From assembly GCA_000002435.2 (NCBI GenBank), contig CM018792.1: a stretch of DNA of 64,000 bases; one strand, written 5' to 3'. The position numbers and the translations under genes are program-made. This document shows positions 1-10,901 of the stretch, piece after piece. This stretch comes from Giardia intestinalis. Lineage: Eukaryota. Each line of letters begins with the position of its first letter. Position 1 is the stretch's first letter. A model generated the notes under the pieces. The model was not told the DNA's origin and searched no databases. It saw only the letters and a program-made list of their open reading frames with translations.

Positions 1-615
1 CGTTGCACAAATAGGCACACGTTCCAATAGTGGAGCAGAGCTGTCTGCCCTCACAATTGGAATCGTCCATGCAATATTGCTGGCAGCTCCCGTTCATGCA
101 CTTAAGCTGGACCTTCAATCCGCTTGAGCCAGAGTCAGCCTCCTTACATACCTCAGAGCTTGCGCAGACCTCGAAACAGTAGTTGCTAATGCACATCATT
201 GGTTGCTGGCAGTCGGAGCACGTCTTCCGATACAGGCCATCTGGCGCACACAGTTCCCCCGGATTTGGCGTTCCTTTGCAGGGCCAGAAGCACTTCTTAG
301 TTGTTAGGTTGCATTGCTTAAGGGTCTGCACTTGAGACCACTGACAGTCCGAGTCCTCCGAACACTCTATCCTACATACGTTTCCCATGCATGTCTCGCC
401 ATTGCTCATATCACAATCAATGTCAAAGAGACACTTGGAGTAGCAGTAGGTTGAACAGATAAACGCATCGGCAGGCCTTCCCCAGCTCTTCTCGCAGTCT
501 GCCGTCGTCGTGCACTTGGCCACGCATCTTCCACTTAGACAATACATCTCATTTGGACATTGGTCAGTGCAGACGATCACCCCAAGTGCGGTCGGTATTA
601 GAAGAGAAAATAGCA
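1..615 (-). CDS. Secreted cysteine-rich repeat protein (EGF/tenascin-like Cys spacing), 3'-truncated by the window edge.
   Basis: The ATG at 615..613 is preceded on the minus strand by ccaaaaaATG. My own translation is MLFSLLIPTALGVIV (signal-peptide-like) followed by CTDQCPNEMYCLSGRCVAKCTTTADC... with Cys modules of the form C-x3-C-x5-C-x3-C-x3-C-x5-C. The frame is open to position 1. It is absent from the ORF track because it is truncated. Confidence 0.5.
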
Positions 616-653
616 TTTTTTGGAAATGCACATGACCTAAGTTACCAGCAAGA

Positions 654-2498
654 TCACGGCAAGCCTTCCAATTGCCGTGTTAGTTCTTCGCTACGAGAAT
701 CCAGTGCATTGATCTTTTCACGGATCTTCAGCATGCGCTCGCCCCGCTCCTTTTCGGAGTCTTGTCCATCTCTACCAAGTCTCATTCCCAGCAGCGACTT
801 AAGTTGTTGTTGCATGTGTTTGCGCTTATTCACTAGAATCTTTAATTGTATTTCTAAGTCCTGTCTTTTTATGGAGGGTGTAGGCATCTGTTCTTCTTGG
901 TATATATCCTTGTGGTGTATTGCTTCTGTTCCTGGATGTATCCGCTCAGCACGTGGTGCAGATTCATGCTGCTTGGCATTGGCTGCTCTTCTCTTGATTG
1001 TGCTCTTTTTACCGCGCCCTTTAGTGGCCTGTCGCATAGAGGTGCTTACCAGGGGTCCAAGATCCTCTTCTGTCAGCGGTTGTGAGCTTGAGACTGCCCT
1101 CTGTTTGTATTTCGGGTTCTCTTTAACGACCTCCCATCCATTCACGTGCTGTACTTTGAGGTTAAGACTTGCTGAGGTTGCTAGCTCCTGTTTGAGCGCA
1201 TCTTCTTCCTGCTTTTCTCTTAAATGCTTTCTTCTTTGCACGGCTATTTCCTGCTCTATGCTTTTGTCCTTTATAATGGGGGTACTGGACATAAATAAAT
1301 ATTTTCTGGGTGCAGTCTTTTGCTTGTGTTGCTGAAGAGAAGCCATTGCACTCATTGTTCTGGGATGCTTAGCAGAAGCAACGCCTCCTTTATTAGTGAG
1401 TATGAATGGAGAGTGTATCTTCTTGGCTGTTCGGGCAGAGCTGGGCCTGTCATCGACTTGCTTCCTAAACAAGGTCTTACTAGATGGACGAGCTGACACG
1501 CTAGGTGAGCGGTCAAGCTCCCGGTGAGCATTATATTGTCGGACTAAACTATTACCAAGCCTAGGATCGATATCAGTCCCAGGCCTACGACGCTCATCGT
1601 GCTTTCCAGTATTGGGGACAGAAGTAGCACCGGGATGAAGTTGGCTGTGCTTTCCTGACGTGCTAGAAGTAAGCACGTCGCTTAAGCTTTGCATGTACCT
1701 ATTTGCATCCTGATTTATGATGATCTTGGTAAGCTCTTGGGTACGGTCGCCTCTCTGGAAGTCCTTAGCTACCCGTGCATTTCCTGCTGAATCGTTACTC
1801 TTAAAATATAAAACACCATCTATGTATCTTCTGTAATCCTCAACGGAATCCACAATTCCTAACCTCATTAAGATCTTATTTCTTAACGCCTCTCTAAGAT
1901 CAACCACTTCTTTTAGATATATTTGTAATTCTTCGTTGAGAGTGTGTTCCATCTTTTCAGCGTTACTTAGCCTCTCACCCAGCTGTTTTACGCGCTCTGA
2001 ACAGTCACTTTTCTGAATCCTTAGCTCCTCTTTGTCACGTTGGCATAGCTGCACGAACTCAGTAAATTTCTTCTCATGCTCTTCTTTAGCTTTCCCGTGT
2101 GCTGCAATAGACTCTTTTAGCGCTTGCAGAGCGTTGAAATTCTGGACGCTGCTCTGCAAAAAGTACCTAATAGCTTCGCTTATTTGTGCATAGCGTGCAT
2201 GATATTTTTCTTTCAGCTCATTTTGTATATTGTTGGCATGGCTTTGCGTTTCTTGGCAAATCGTCTCGAGGCGGCCCGACTGTGCACTGCATGCGTCTAG
2301 TGTGCTTTTCAAATAGGTCCAGTGATCCTTTAGCATAGCATTCTGAACAGAGGCATTCATGTAGCCCGGTTGTGCTTCATGAGCTGGGTAGGCCTGAGTA
2401 GAACCTGATCTATTGAAGGTACCCGTGTAGTCCGCAGTATTGGATATATGGCTACATAGGAAGGCAGAAGGGAGCTCTCTGGTGCCGCTATTGGACAT
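654..2498 (-). CDS. Hypothetical basic/coiled-coil protein, about 614 aa.
   Basis: A long ORF with no similarity I can recognise. The track start at 2513 is TTG. The first ATG (MSNSGTREL) is at 2498, preceded by atttaaatttgg on the minus strand. Confidence 0.55.
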   Translation of the reverse strand: MSNSGTRELPSAFLCSHISNTADYTGTFNRSGSTQAYPAHEAQPGYMNASVQNAMLKDHWTYLKSTLDACSAQSGRLETICQETQSHANNIQNELKEKYHARYAQISEAIRYFLQSSVQNFNALQALKESIAAHGKAKEEHEKKFTEFVQLCQRDKEELRIQKSDCSERVKQLGERLSNAEKMEHTLNEELQIYLKEVVDLREALRNKILMRLGIVDSVEDYRRYIDGVLYFKSNDSAGNARVAKDFQRGDRTQELTKIIINQDANRYMQSLSDVLTSSTSGKHSQLHPGATSVPNTGKHDERRRPGTDIDPRLGNSLVRQYNAHRELDRSPSVSARPSSKTLFRKQVDDRPSSARTAKKIHSPFILTNKGGVASAKHPRTMSAMASLQQHKQKTAPRKYLFMSSTPIIKDKSIEQEIAVQRRKHLREKQEEDALKQELATSASLNLKVQHVNGWEVVKENPKYKQRAVSSSQPLTEEDLGPLVSTSMRQATKGRGKKSTIKRRAANAKQHESAPRAERIHPGTEAIHHKDIYQEEQMPTPSIKRQDLEIQLKILVNKRKHMQQQLKSLLGMRLGRDGQDSEKERGERMLKIREKINALDSRSEELTRQLEGLP

Positions 2499-2536
2499 GC
2501 GGAAGCCTTCCAAATTTAAATCGCAGCCAAGGAGCC
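2499..2536. promoter_or_regulatory. Shared 38-bp divergent intergenic spacer with an AT-rich initiator (aaatttaaa).
   Basis: CAT (2496-2498) and ATG (2537) of two head-to-head genes flank the AT-rich tract ccaaatttaaatcg. Confidence 0.4.
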
Positions 2537-3076
2537 ATGGACGACGCCTGTCTTGTCTTTAAAACGGCATTCGACTGGTTGGCAGTTATCATAGCTGATC
2601 GCCTACTCCTGAAAGACGGCCTTGGACCCAAGTTTGCACCGTTTCTTGCAGAAAGAATAACCATTGAAAAGGTCCTAGAGCTGGCGGACTATCCCTTCCC
2701 ACGCCAACAGGCCGTGATAAGCAACGTCATCCATCGCACATTCCGCGAATATAACGTGAACCTCAATCACTATCTAATTTACAGAGACTTAATGTCCTCT
2801 GTTGGCGAAGGGAGTACTTCGAGCCATGTTGTGGACAGCTCCATGCTTAAGAAAAGCTTAGAGCATCACAAGATTGCTGGGACAACAGATTGTCTTCCAA
2901 TCTATTATATTTATAAGGAACTGATTGAAAATACGCCTCTTGCTGGCTCGCACTTTTACTACTACAAGAGAATACACTTTTACTTCAGCTTGTTAGTCGC
3001 TCTCTTAACTTCATTAGTCGTTAGTATTATTTGGGGCGGCGAACTGGTGTCCATCCTGGCCAGTTTGAGACTCTAA
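2537..3076 (+). CDS. Hypothetical protein, 179 aa, with a C-terminal hydrophobic (TM-like) segment.
   Basis: True ATG at 2537. The C-terminus LLVALLTSLVVSIIWGG is hydrophobic. No similarity I recognise. Confidence 0.45.
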   Translation: MDDACLVFKTAFDWLAVIIADRLLLKDGLGPKFAPFLAERITIEKVLELADYPFPRQQAVISNVIHRTFREYNVNLNHYLIYRDLMSSVGEGSTSSHVVDSSMLKKSLEHHKIAGTTDCLPIYYIYKELIENTPLAGSHFYYYKRIHFYFSLLVALLTSLVVSIIWGGELVSILASLRL

Positions 3077-3328
3077 TCCGAAACTTCAAAAAGATATTCA
3101 AAGGACTATATAACGGTAGCCTAATGTTATAAAACTATCTACAAATATTCTGGTACAATGGAGTGAATGCAGTAGCTATCTGCCTAGTCAACCTTTTAAG
3201 GCTGTCCTTGATCCTTGTGGCCTTGCAATGTAAAATATAGGTTACTACGGATTAATATGAATCAATACGAAGTTTGAATAGAATAGATTGCTTCACCAGC
3301 GTGCTACTGGACTGGATGCTTTTTCTCT

Positions 3329-6300
3329 TTACAGAGGTTTCAAGGGTGTCTTAGGCTGAAGCGACTCGGGAGGCTGTGCAAGCCGTCGTGATGCATTGGC
3401 AGAGGCACCCCTCGCTATGACAGACTTCGGTAAGGACCGCACAGACTGTACACCTGGGGTTACGGTGCTTGAGACAAGGAGCGGCGTGTCTGCCGGTTTT
3501 GTGCTTGTAGGGTTGATCCTTAACTGCGCAGAACAGGTGGCTAGCGTTTTGAGTTTGTTCACTGCTTGCTGCTTCATAACACTTGAAGAAAAGGAGCCCC
3601 TCATGTGTTCCCATCCGTCTTTGTGTAGGTTAATGCTATGAAGATGACCAGAATCGTCCACCATTCTATCATTAAATATCAGCGGATTGCCCCTACTATC
3701 TCTAAGGGCAGAGAGGGATGGTATAGAGCCTCTGGCCGCAGATGCCCTTAGTAAAGACTTTTCGGTCACGTCATTCAAATAGCATTTGCTCTCTATTGAA
3801 GGAATAGCATCCAGATCCTCCACTTTCATGCGGGGTGAAAGTGAAGCAGGCTCGTCTGACACACTCTTTGATCTATTTCTACAGATAGTCACAGCTTTGA
3901 AGGACGTGACGGATCCTGCACGGTTGTTAGAAGCAATAGATGGCAGTTTTTCGAGGCTAGTTGAAACGACTTTTACGGTTAACAAGGGCTGAGTGTCCGA
4001 TGAGGTTCTCTTGGCGCTATCATACGCTTGCGAATTGTCGTAGCTTTTAACGAGAAATGCGTCGTCTCTCTTCTTAATTAGATCTGTGAGTGATGATAGC
4101 AGTCTTCTATGCGCCGTTTCATTAGAGAGAGAAGCTCCCAATTTGGATTCATGCAATTCGGATTGATTGGGTAGGTTTTGCCTGCTGTCGTTAATCTCCT
4201 CACAAACAGAACACTCTGAGACAGCATCGGAATCCGGACATATATATGGAATTTGGGGTGCTTCTAATATAGAAAGTTCGGGGCTGACACAAACGTGATC
4301 ACCGTTTGCTGCATCCACTCTAGGAGCTAGTGTATCATGTGCCACAGCAGATGAGCTCTTTGCATCTAGAGTTGGCGCAGGCGTCGATTCTATTTGGGAG
4401 TTCAGAGAGTTGATGATATCAGGATTCCGAAGCATCGCCCCCGACTCCATAACCACCGCCATAATATTAATGTCCTTAGGGTCACCACCGATCCCTGACA
4501 TATATTCCACTGCTTTCCTGTACCGAACCGGTGCTGTATCGGTGTCGTAGATAAGAAGCGTCGGCTTTTGAATAGTTGATCCTATCTTATCAGGGTTTAG
4601 GAGTGAGGTATTGGCCATCCGAGTCAGTTGTTCTTCCAGTTCTGCAGCTTCTTCTGCAGACACATCTAATTTTCCTGTTTTGATGTCTATTGCGTGGAAA
4701 CCTTTTCGTGTGCGTCCACCCACGCTTTTTGCTCTTCGTTCCGCAAGATATATGTCTTCCTCTCTCTTCTCAGAGAATAGCGCAATGCGCTGCAGACATG
4801 GTGGCTCGAGTCCTGAGATTTCGTTAGATGGTCCTTTATCTGAGAGAGCGCCTCCTTCAATAGTGGCCCACGGAGACATTTGGGCACGATGTACACCACC
4901 AAAGAGTATACAGGAGCTCGATCGCTTCATTCCTGGCCTCGGTTCTGTGAATGCAGAATCTTCTGCGGTAATATCCCGTGCCCCATCAACAATGCTGCAA
5001 CTGTCGATAGAATGGGGAGCAGTTTGACGTGCAGAAAGGCAAGTGCTATCAGCAGAGAATGAAGGAGCCGTATTTGTGGGAGTAAGCGATGGTAGTTGGT
5101 GAAGTGGTTCGGTTGAAAATACGTTCCCAAGAGGCATGTCCTTGTAGTTATGAACCATTCTGTGGCGGTAAGAATTAGGATTGTCATCAGTGAAATAATC
5201 TACTCGAGGTTGATGCCCAGATAGCAAACTAAGGTCTGTTTGAACCACGACTGAGTGTCCACTACGGGGAGTGATGGCTGGATCATATATGCTGACTTTT
5301 TGCAACATGTAAGTATAGTGGGTGTCGGTCTGCTGCTTTGCACTTCCAGCTCGACTAGTTACGCGGCTAGAGTTTTTACTAGACCCTCGACTACTTAGTA
5401 GCGAACAGGTTGTATCTGAGACATCGCTGATAACTCTATTATGTGTACTATATTGTGCATATTCACCATAGAACGTGATGTTTCCCGCTGAGGAAATGAA
5501 CCCAACAACGTCTCCGAACGAATCAAAAAGATAAAGTCTTCCAGAGACATTTGTGGGCCTCTGTTGGTTACTTCTTGACGGAAAAGAACGCAAAGTTGAT
5601 GAGGCACACAAGTCGTCAGGGGGAATTTGGAGCTCGAGAGAGGTGACACTAGGCCTCAAATCGCACGGTATAATGTACGAAGTAGCGGGATTCTTAATTA
5701 TATGTGCTGGAAGATGGTCTGTACTACATAGCAGATCCTTGAATGGATGTGGATCGTCTAGTGAAAGAGATTGGACAGTTAGTCCTTCAACTGGGTTGAT
5801 AGGTAGTGATGCAGAGCGCTGTAGTATGTGGGGCTGTGTTTGCAGAGAACTGTCACCAGGGATAGATGAACTAGTAACTTTTAATAGTGGCTGTGATATT
5901 GCGGTTGTATCTGCCACAGTCTCCGCTGGTGTACACTGCAAATGTGGAGGGCTTGTTTCTACTGCAGTTGCATCTTGTAAAGAGATAAGACACGCAGCTA
6001 CTTCTTGTCTCAACCTATCCATCGTCGCAGTAGCAGAAGTTGATGGAGAATCGGCGCCCTTAAGCACTGCTCCCAAAAGTTCTGTAAACGTATTCTTAAC
6101 AACCAGTTGAAGCTCAGCAAGGTCGGCTGTGTTGGCCATACTTTTGCCAATAAGTCCCATGGCTGTATCAACAGCGCTAGCAATAGTATCGGTTGCTTGC
6201 ATTTTATAACGCATTCTGTGGGCCTCCCTCTCCGATAACTTAGCGAGATACGCTTTCCGTTTCTCTCCTAACTTTTTTCTTGTCGTCTCAGCCAAATTGT

Positions 6301-8740
6301 ACAATCTACTAAACACATCGTCTGGTCTGTCAAGGCCCATTGTACGTGAGTTATAATGTATTTGGAAGCCGCTCGTATTCTTTCTAGTTCTAAGAATAGA
6401 ATCAGCAGCATACGATGCTCTATTGACATGTGGGTTATACCCGTCTGCCTCCAGATCGTCTCCAATGCTCCCACGTCTGTCATCATCCGCCCCATTATGA
6501 ACACCAATAGATACATCTCTGTAGTTATGGAGCGCTGCCTTGGCAGCCTTAGCTGCCTTCTGTATCGTTGCCAAATCGACGACCTCTTCTCTATGGGCGT
6601 CGAGTAGCCCTTCAAGCTCCTTTTCTTCTAAAAGACTTACTACTGATTGTCGCAAGGTATCAATCTTCTCCTTTGCGGAAAGAACTACTGCAGAAGTAGG
6701 ACCATTGAGTGAGGCAACGCGATGCTTATTCAAATCAATAGCGGCTTGAAGAACACCTCTAGCTTTCGCCACTAGTGTGCGGCTAAATGCCATAGCTGGA
6801 TCAATGCTTCTAAGCAATTCTTCTTCCTCAGGTGATAACTCCTTATATTCGTTACTGGCACCTGTAGTCAGCTTGGACGACTCTTTAGAAAGGGTCGTGT
6901 CTGGCCCGCATCCAATACTCTTAGTTGTGGTAGTTTTTGCAGGACCTTTGTGGATAGATGAACCCGTTTGCGCAAGTATTGAGTCGTCAAGTGGTACTTT
7001 CTCAGATGCACGTTCCTTCTGAAGGGCTGACTCGGCTTCTGATAGTCTTGAAGCCGCTTGCTCCAGCTGCTTACGCAATCGATCAATTTCGCTTGCTTGC
7101 TCCTTTATTTGTGTAGTAAGATGGGCATTTTCCGAGCGTGCTTTTAGCTCCGCCTCAGTATCCTGATGGAGACGCGCACTAGGTGAGTCTTCTCTTCTAT
7201 CCTTTGGAATATATTGTGGAGACCAGGGGGCAGTTTGAGAGGCCTCAGTCTTTGTTTCACTCATGGATCCCAATTTGAGTTGCTCAATTTCTTTCTCTTT
7301 AGCAGCCAACGCTTTTAACAGCTTGTCAACTTGGTTCTTTAACTTCTCCGTCTCAGCAGAGTCTTTCTTAGAGATCTTAGCATCGCCAGAACCGCTGTTC
7401 TGAAGCTTTTCCGAGTTATAAGATGACTTAAGCTTATTTGCTAGAGCAACAGTACGCTGCTCAGCCTCATCTATGCCCTTTGTGTACCTCTTCTGTAAGT
7501 TTTCCATCTCCTTCATCTTTGCGTCATAGTTGGCATGCATCTCTGCAAGAAGCCTGTCAAGCTCATCTGATTCTTTCTTCAGCATTCTCAATTGGCGGTG
7601 GCGGTCGTCTGTGGCATCTAGGACTCCAGTTAAGCGCTTTATCTCCGCTTCCATGAACTCATTCTTCGCATTTAGTTGAGCTATTAGCTGGCGTTTCTCT
7701 TCTATTTTACGTTCTAACAGTTTAACATCATCTTCTAGTTCTCGCAAGAGGCGCCGTTGCTTTAAGCTCAAAAGCTGCTTTTCAGTTCCTGTGTCCTCCT
7801 CGTCCTCGTCTAACCCTTCATCAAATTCCTCCGACCAGGCCCCTCGCTTGCTTTGCTTAATATCCATATAATCTGGCTTGTACTGAACATTGGTGGAATC
7901 GGGGGCCAGTCGGCCACGCCAGTGAAGCTGCTCTTTGAGAGTTATGATCCGTTGGATGAGTACTTTGCGATCTATCGCATTAAGTGTAGCCGACTGAGAA
8001 ACACCTAGCTCAAATTCGGCGAGCTGATTCTTCAACTGGTCTACCAACCGTCTCAAGTCGTCCAGCTCATCAAGCATTGTTTGCTTTCGAAGCATGTCAG
8101 ACTCTAGCGTTCGCGCCACAGCTACCTCAATTTCGTGATACAGCTGAGGAAGAACCAGACTATAAATGGATGATTCTGCTTCGTCGAGAAAAGGCAGAAA
8201 GATAGGCAGCGTACTCTTCGGATTCAAATGGTCATATTTTGAGTTGCAATCTAAGATATCTTCGAACATGACAAAAAGCTTCCTTTCCTCGATGTTAGTT
8301 TTCAATTTCTTGAACACAACAGACGCAGACTTATAGACTATCTTCTTAGTGCTTAGAATGAGATTTGAAATTTCACGCCTACTAGCGGGGTCGATCATAC
8401 TGTACAGGGAACCTGTTAGCGTTGCTTCATCCAGGCCACTGCTAAAGAGTTTCGTATCTAGAACAAAATCTGTGAGGAAAGCATTGTCTGCTTGCTTGCT
8501 TTGAAGAAGCTGAGTCCCATGAAGTGTGGTCGCCGTAGTGTTAGATATATTTGACTGCTCCATGGGAGCGTCACGAGACTTCTGATCCTCCCTTCGGGGC
8601 TTAGACTCTGCAGTACTGTCTTCACAAAGTACGAGCGGAGACTCTACACTGCTTATACCAATGAGATCTCCAGTGTGTTCAGTTGCTGGCCTGCCAACGC
8701 TAGACTCAGGAGAGGCAGGCCCTTCCACGGCATCATGCAT
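3329..8740 (-). CDS. Large coiled-coil protein, about 1803 aa, function unknown.
   Basis: A 5.4-kb uninterrupted ORF. The central region is long heptad-like Glu/Lys/Leu-rich. The track start at 8851 is GTG. The first ATG (MHDAVEGPAS) is at 8740, preceded by gtaaattttggATG. Confidence 0.7.
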   Translation of the reverse strand: MHDAVEGPASPESSVGRPATEHTGDLIGISSVESPLVLCEDSTAESKPRREDQKSRDAPMEQSNISNTTATTLHGTQLLQSKQADNAFLTDFVLDTKLFSSGLDEATLTGSLYSMIDPASRREISNLILSTKKIVYKSASVVFKKLKTNIEERKLFVMFEDILDCNSKYDHLNPKSTLPIFLPFLDEAESSIYSLVLPQLYHEIEVAVARTLESDMLRKQTMLDELDDLRRLVDQLKNQLAEFELGVSQSATLNAIDRKVLIQRIITLKEQLHWRGRLAPDSTNVQYKPDYMDIKQSKRGAWSEEFDEGLDEDEEDTGTEKQLLSLKQRRLLRELEDDVKLLERKIEEKRQLIAQLNAKNEFMEAEIKRLTGVLDATDDRHRQLRMLKKESDELDRLLAEMHANYDAKMKEMENLQKRYTKGIDEAEQRTVALANKLKSSYNSEKLQNSGSGDAKISKKDSAETEKLKNQVDKLLKALAAKEKEIEQLKLGSMSETKTEASQTAPWSPQYIPKDRREDSPSARLHQDTEAELKARSENAHLTTQIKEQASEIDRLRKQLEQAASRLSEAESALQKERASEKVPLDDSILAQTGSSIHKGPAKTTTTKSIGCGPDTTLSKESSKLTTGASNEYKELSPEEEELLRSIDPAMAFSRTLVAKARGVLQAAIDLNKHRVASLNGPTSAVVLSAKEKIDTLRQSVVSLLEEKELEGLLDAHREEVVDLATIQKAAKAAKAALHNYRDVSIGVHNGADDDRRGSIGDDLEADGYNPHVNRASYAADSILRTRKNTSGFQIHYNSRTMGLDRPDDVFSRLYNLAETTRKKLGEKRKAYLAKLSEREAHRMRYKMQATDTIASAVDTAMGLIGKSMANTADLAELQLVVKNTFTELLGAVLKGADSPSTSATATMDRLRQEVAACLISLQDATAVETSPPHLQCTPAETVADTTAISQPLLKVTSSSIPGDSSLQTQPHILQRSASLPINPVEGLTVQSLSLDDPHPFKDLLCSTDHLPAHIIKNPATSYIIPCDLRPSVTSLELQIPPDDLCASSTLRSFPSRSNQQRPTNVSGRLYLFDSFGDVVGFISSAGNITFYGEYAQYSTHNRVISDVSDTTCSLLSSRGSSKNSSRVTSRAGSAKQQTDTHYTYMLQKVSIYDPAITPRSGHSVVVQTDLSLLSGHQPRVDYFTDDNPNSYRHRMVHNYKDMPLGNVFSTEPLHQLPSLTPTNTAPSFSADSTCLSARQTAPHSIDSCSIVDGARDITAEDSAFTEPRPGMKRSSSCILFGGVHRAQMSPWATIEGGALSDKGPSNEISGLEPPCLQRIALFSEKREEDIYLAERRAKSVGGRTRKGFHAIDIKTGKLDVSAEEAAELEEQLTRMANTSLLNPDKIGSTIQKPTLLIYDTDTAPVRYRKAVEYMSGIGGDPKDINIMAVVMESGAMLRNPDIINSLNSQIESTPAPTLDAKSSSAVAHDTLAPRVDAANGDHVCVSPELSILEAPQIPYICPDSDAVSECSVCEEINDSRQNLPNQSELHESKLGASLSNETAHRRLLSSLTDLIKKRDDAFLVKSYDNSQAYDSAKRTSSDTQPLLTVKVVSTSLEKLPSIASNNRAGSVTSFKAVTICRNRSKSVSDEPASLSPRMKVEDLDAIPSIESKCYLNDVTEKSLLRASAARGSIPSLSALRDSRGNPLIFNDRMVDDSGHLHSINLHKDGWEHMRGSFSSSVMKQQAVNKLKTLATCSAQLRINPTSTKPADTPLLVSSTVTPGVQSVRSLPKSVIARGASANASRRLAQPPESLQPKTPLKPL

Positions 8741-8843
8741 CCAAAATTTACACTTTAGTGTGAATTGCGAGAATGCAAAGGATAGAGGACAGTAGCAAAG
8801 TCGATAGGGGACGGAAATACGGATACATGAATGCGCCAGTGCG

Positions 8844-9860
8844 TCATGCACACTTGGTCTCGCCGTCTGCTGTCACCATGAAGTCACGACCCTCTTTGCA
8901 ACACATTCTTGCCGTCACATAGGGCTCCAGCATGAGGGGGTGAACCTCTATCAGCGTGTCACCTGCGCGGCGCTTAGGATACGCATATGCCTGGCGAAAG
9001 TTCACGAGGCAGTTGGGAACATCAGCAGCAAGCTCCCGAATAACCTCACGCTTCTCTTCGTTTCGCTCCTGAAGCTTCTTAATCCTGCAGTACTCTCGAT
9101 CAATCCGCTCTAGCTCCCTGAGGCTCTGCTGGTCGTGGCAACTCGCTGCAGGGACTGCTGGCCGGAACATGGTACGCGTCACGCTAGTCCTGTAGGGGTT
9201 GCAGTTAGTGTCAACTGGGCCCTCCACAATCAGGGGGCGGGGAATGTCTGGCGCTGTGGACGCACGAGTGAGGTTGAGCTTTTCTATCAGGAGTTGCTCA
9301 GGCGTTCTATTATACCTCTCATCTTGGCACTGGCAGAGTCCGTTGCAGCATCCAGTACAGTAGCAGGAGCGTTTGCACCCGCATGGCTTTGGTTTATCGG
9401 AGTTGAGGATCTCGCAGGTCTTACAACGGGTCGATGCGCCGTGTGGACACGCATCCGTGAACTCTGTCTTCCCGAAACTGGACCTGGAGATGGGGGGAAG
9501 GTCTTCAATAATGCGAGTCCCTGGTGGTGTTACCTCTAAGGGATACTGACACTGTGGACATGGGTGGTCCACGCTAAATGGGCTCTTTAAATTGTTGAGC
9601 CGTAGCTTGTTCTGGGTTGTAGTTCCTGGAGGGTGATAGATGGTCCTTGCAGATTGGTTGTTCGGCTGATCAGCAGCGTGCTGCTTGTTAGAAACCTTTT
9701 GCTGGCGACCTTGGGGATGGGTGGCCAGATGCTTATTAAAATTAAAACAGTAGCATCCCAGCCTGGGATAGATCCAGCACTTCTTGCAGTTACATGCTCC
9801 TTCGCAAAATCTGTAGCCGGGCTCCTTCAGCCGGCAATCAAGGGCAGGGTTGTAAGGCAT
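8844..9860 (-). CDS. Cysteine-rich protein, paralog A of a 4-gene tandem family.
   Basis: The ATG at 9860 is preceded by gctaaaaataaaaATG (the track start 9902 is TTG). It has an N-terminal CEGACNCKKCWIYPRLGCYCF cluster and further clusters CPQCQ and CGCKRSCYCTGCCNGLCQCQ. A C-terminal motif FRQAYAYPKRR is shared with the neighbouring ORFs. Confidence 0.55.
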   Translation of the reverse strand: MPYNPALDCRLKEPGYRFCEGACNCKKCWIYPRLGCYCFNFNKHLATHPQGRQQKVSNKQHAADQPNNQSARTIYHPPGTTTQNKLRLNNLKSPFSVDHPCPQCQYPLEVTPPGTRIIEDLPPISRSSFGKTEFTDACPHGASTRCKTCEILNSDKPKPCGCKRSCYCTGCCNGLCQCQDERYNRTPEQLLIEKLNLTRASTAPDIPRPLIVEGPVDTNCNPYRTSVTRTMFRPAVPAASCHDQQSLRELERIDREYCRIKKLQERNEEKREVIRELAADVPNCLVNFRQAYAYPKRRAGDTLIEVHPLMLEPYVTARMCCKEGRDFMVTADGETKCA

Positions 9861-9956
9861 TTTTATTTTTAGCGGACTCCTAAGGCGGTAGCGGATAGTC
9901 AATGACTTCCCTGTTTACTGATAACGGTGAGAACACGCATTCCTTGCCCGTTATTA

Positions 9957-10817
9957 TCAATAATTTGCAGTAGCCACTCCGCTCCAATTCCGTATACTCG
10001 TGACCCGCCTGTTATTCTGGAGCATGGCGAGCTCCTTTCTACAATCTGGCTTATTAGTGAAGCTGTTGTGCCCGTATTCGAGTGGATTGCCGACGGAGAT
10101 TTCTTGTACACTGCGGGGCCGAATTAGTGAGTGGAAGTCCCGACGGTTGCCCACGGGCCCACTCCTCTGTCCATACGTATACACGTTGTCTGTTCCATTC
10201 TTCAATCTGCTTTCCATCCCTGCGTGAGCCCACGACTTCTCGTACGTGGCAGCCTGGCGAGCTCGTTCTATATCTCTGTTGCGGGACTCCCAATCGAAAA
10301 ATGCTGGAGTGCGATCCATGGACGTGAGGAAAACCTCATTAGTCTCCTGCTGGGCCCCTGTGCATCCCGCTCTGTCTGTTCCCGGAAGCTGACTCTCTTC
10401 GGGAACCCAGGGCGGATAAGGAATCGTGGCAAGGTCCATCAGACCAGAGGATGCGTGGCCACAGCATGTTTGATTCTTTGGGTGTGGAACGCACGAAAAG
10501 CGGCCCTCTATATCTAGATTGTGCGGGAACTTATAGATATATCTGTTGGGTACGGGCACTGCACAGGTTGGCCTGAGAGGCTTTATATGGCAAATGTTGG
10601 TGTGAGGATCGATCCCTTGGCACGGAAGCGCATACGGATTGAGACTATTGTAGCTGAATGTGCCGTCTCTAGGTGGTGCATTGACTTCGCCGTGATGACA
10701 TATCCCAACACACTGGCAGACTCTTTTATAGTGGTGCGCGCGATTGCAGCACGTATAACAGTCGCACTGGCCATGCTCTTCGCAGGCGGAGGAGCTGCAG
10801 TTAGGTTTTGGCCACAT
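9957..10817 (-). CDS. Cysteine-rich protein, paralog B.
   Basis: True ATG at 10817 with gttaaaattaaATG upstream. The N-terminal cluster is CEEHGQCDCYTCCNRAHHYKRVCQCVGIC. It also carries a PCQGIDP motif and ARQAATYEKS, and ends ...ANY like paralog D. Confidence 0.55.
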   Translation of the reverse strand: MWPKPNCSSSACEEHGQCDCYTCCNRAHHYKRVCQCVGICHHGEVNAPPRDGTFSYNSLNPYALPCQGIDPHTNICHIKPLRPTCAVPVPNRYIYKFPHNLDIEGRFSCVPHPKNQTCCGHASSGLMDLATIPYPPWVPEESQLPGTDRAGCTGAQQETNEVFLTSMDRTPAFFDWESRNRDIERARQAATYEKSWAHAGMESRLKNGTDNVYTYGQRSGPVGNRRDFHSLIRPRSVQEISVGNPLEYGHNSFTNKPDCRKELAMLQNNRRVTSIRNWSGVATANY

Positions 10818-10901
10818 TTAATTTTAACCCGGCCTGCGCGGGCTTCTGAGACAAAACAACCGGAGTTCATTCAGTTGACTAAAAGTTATGTGTGTCTGTT
10901 A

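Noticed and set aside
553-1335. 260-aa plus-strand ORF (also 897..1085).
   Set aside because: It is antisense to the longer, better-supported 654..2498 gene. Its Cys/Ser/Leu-rich translation is typical of the reverse of a Lys/Glu-rich gene.
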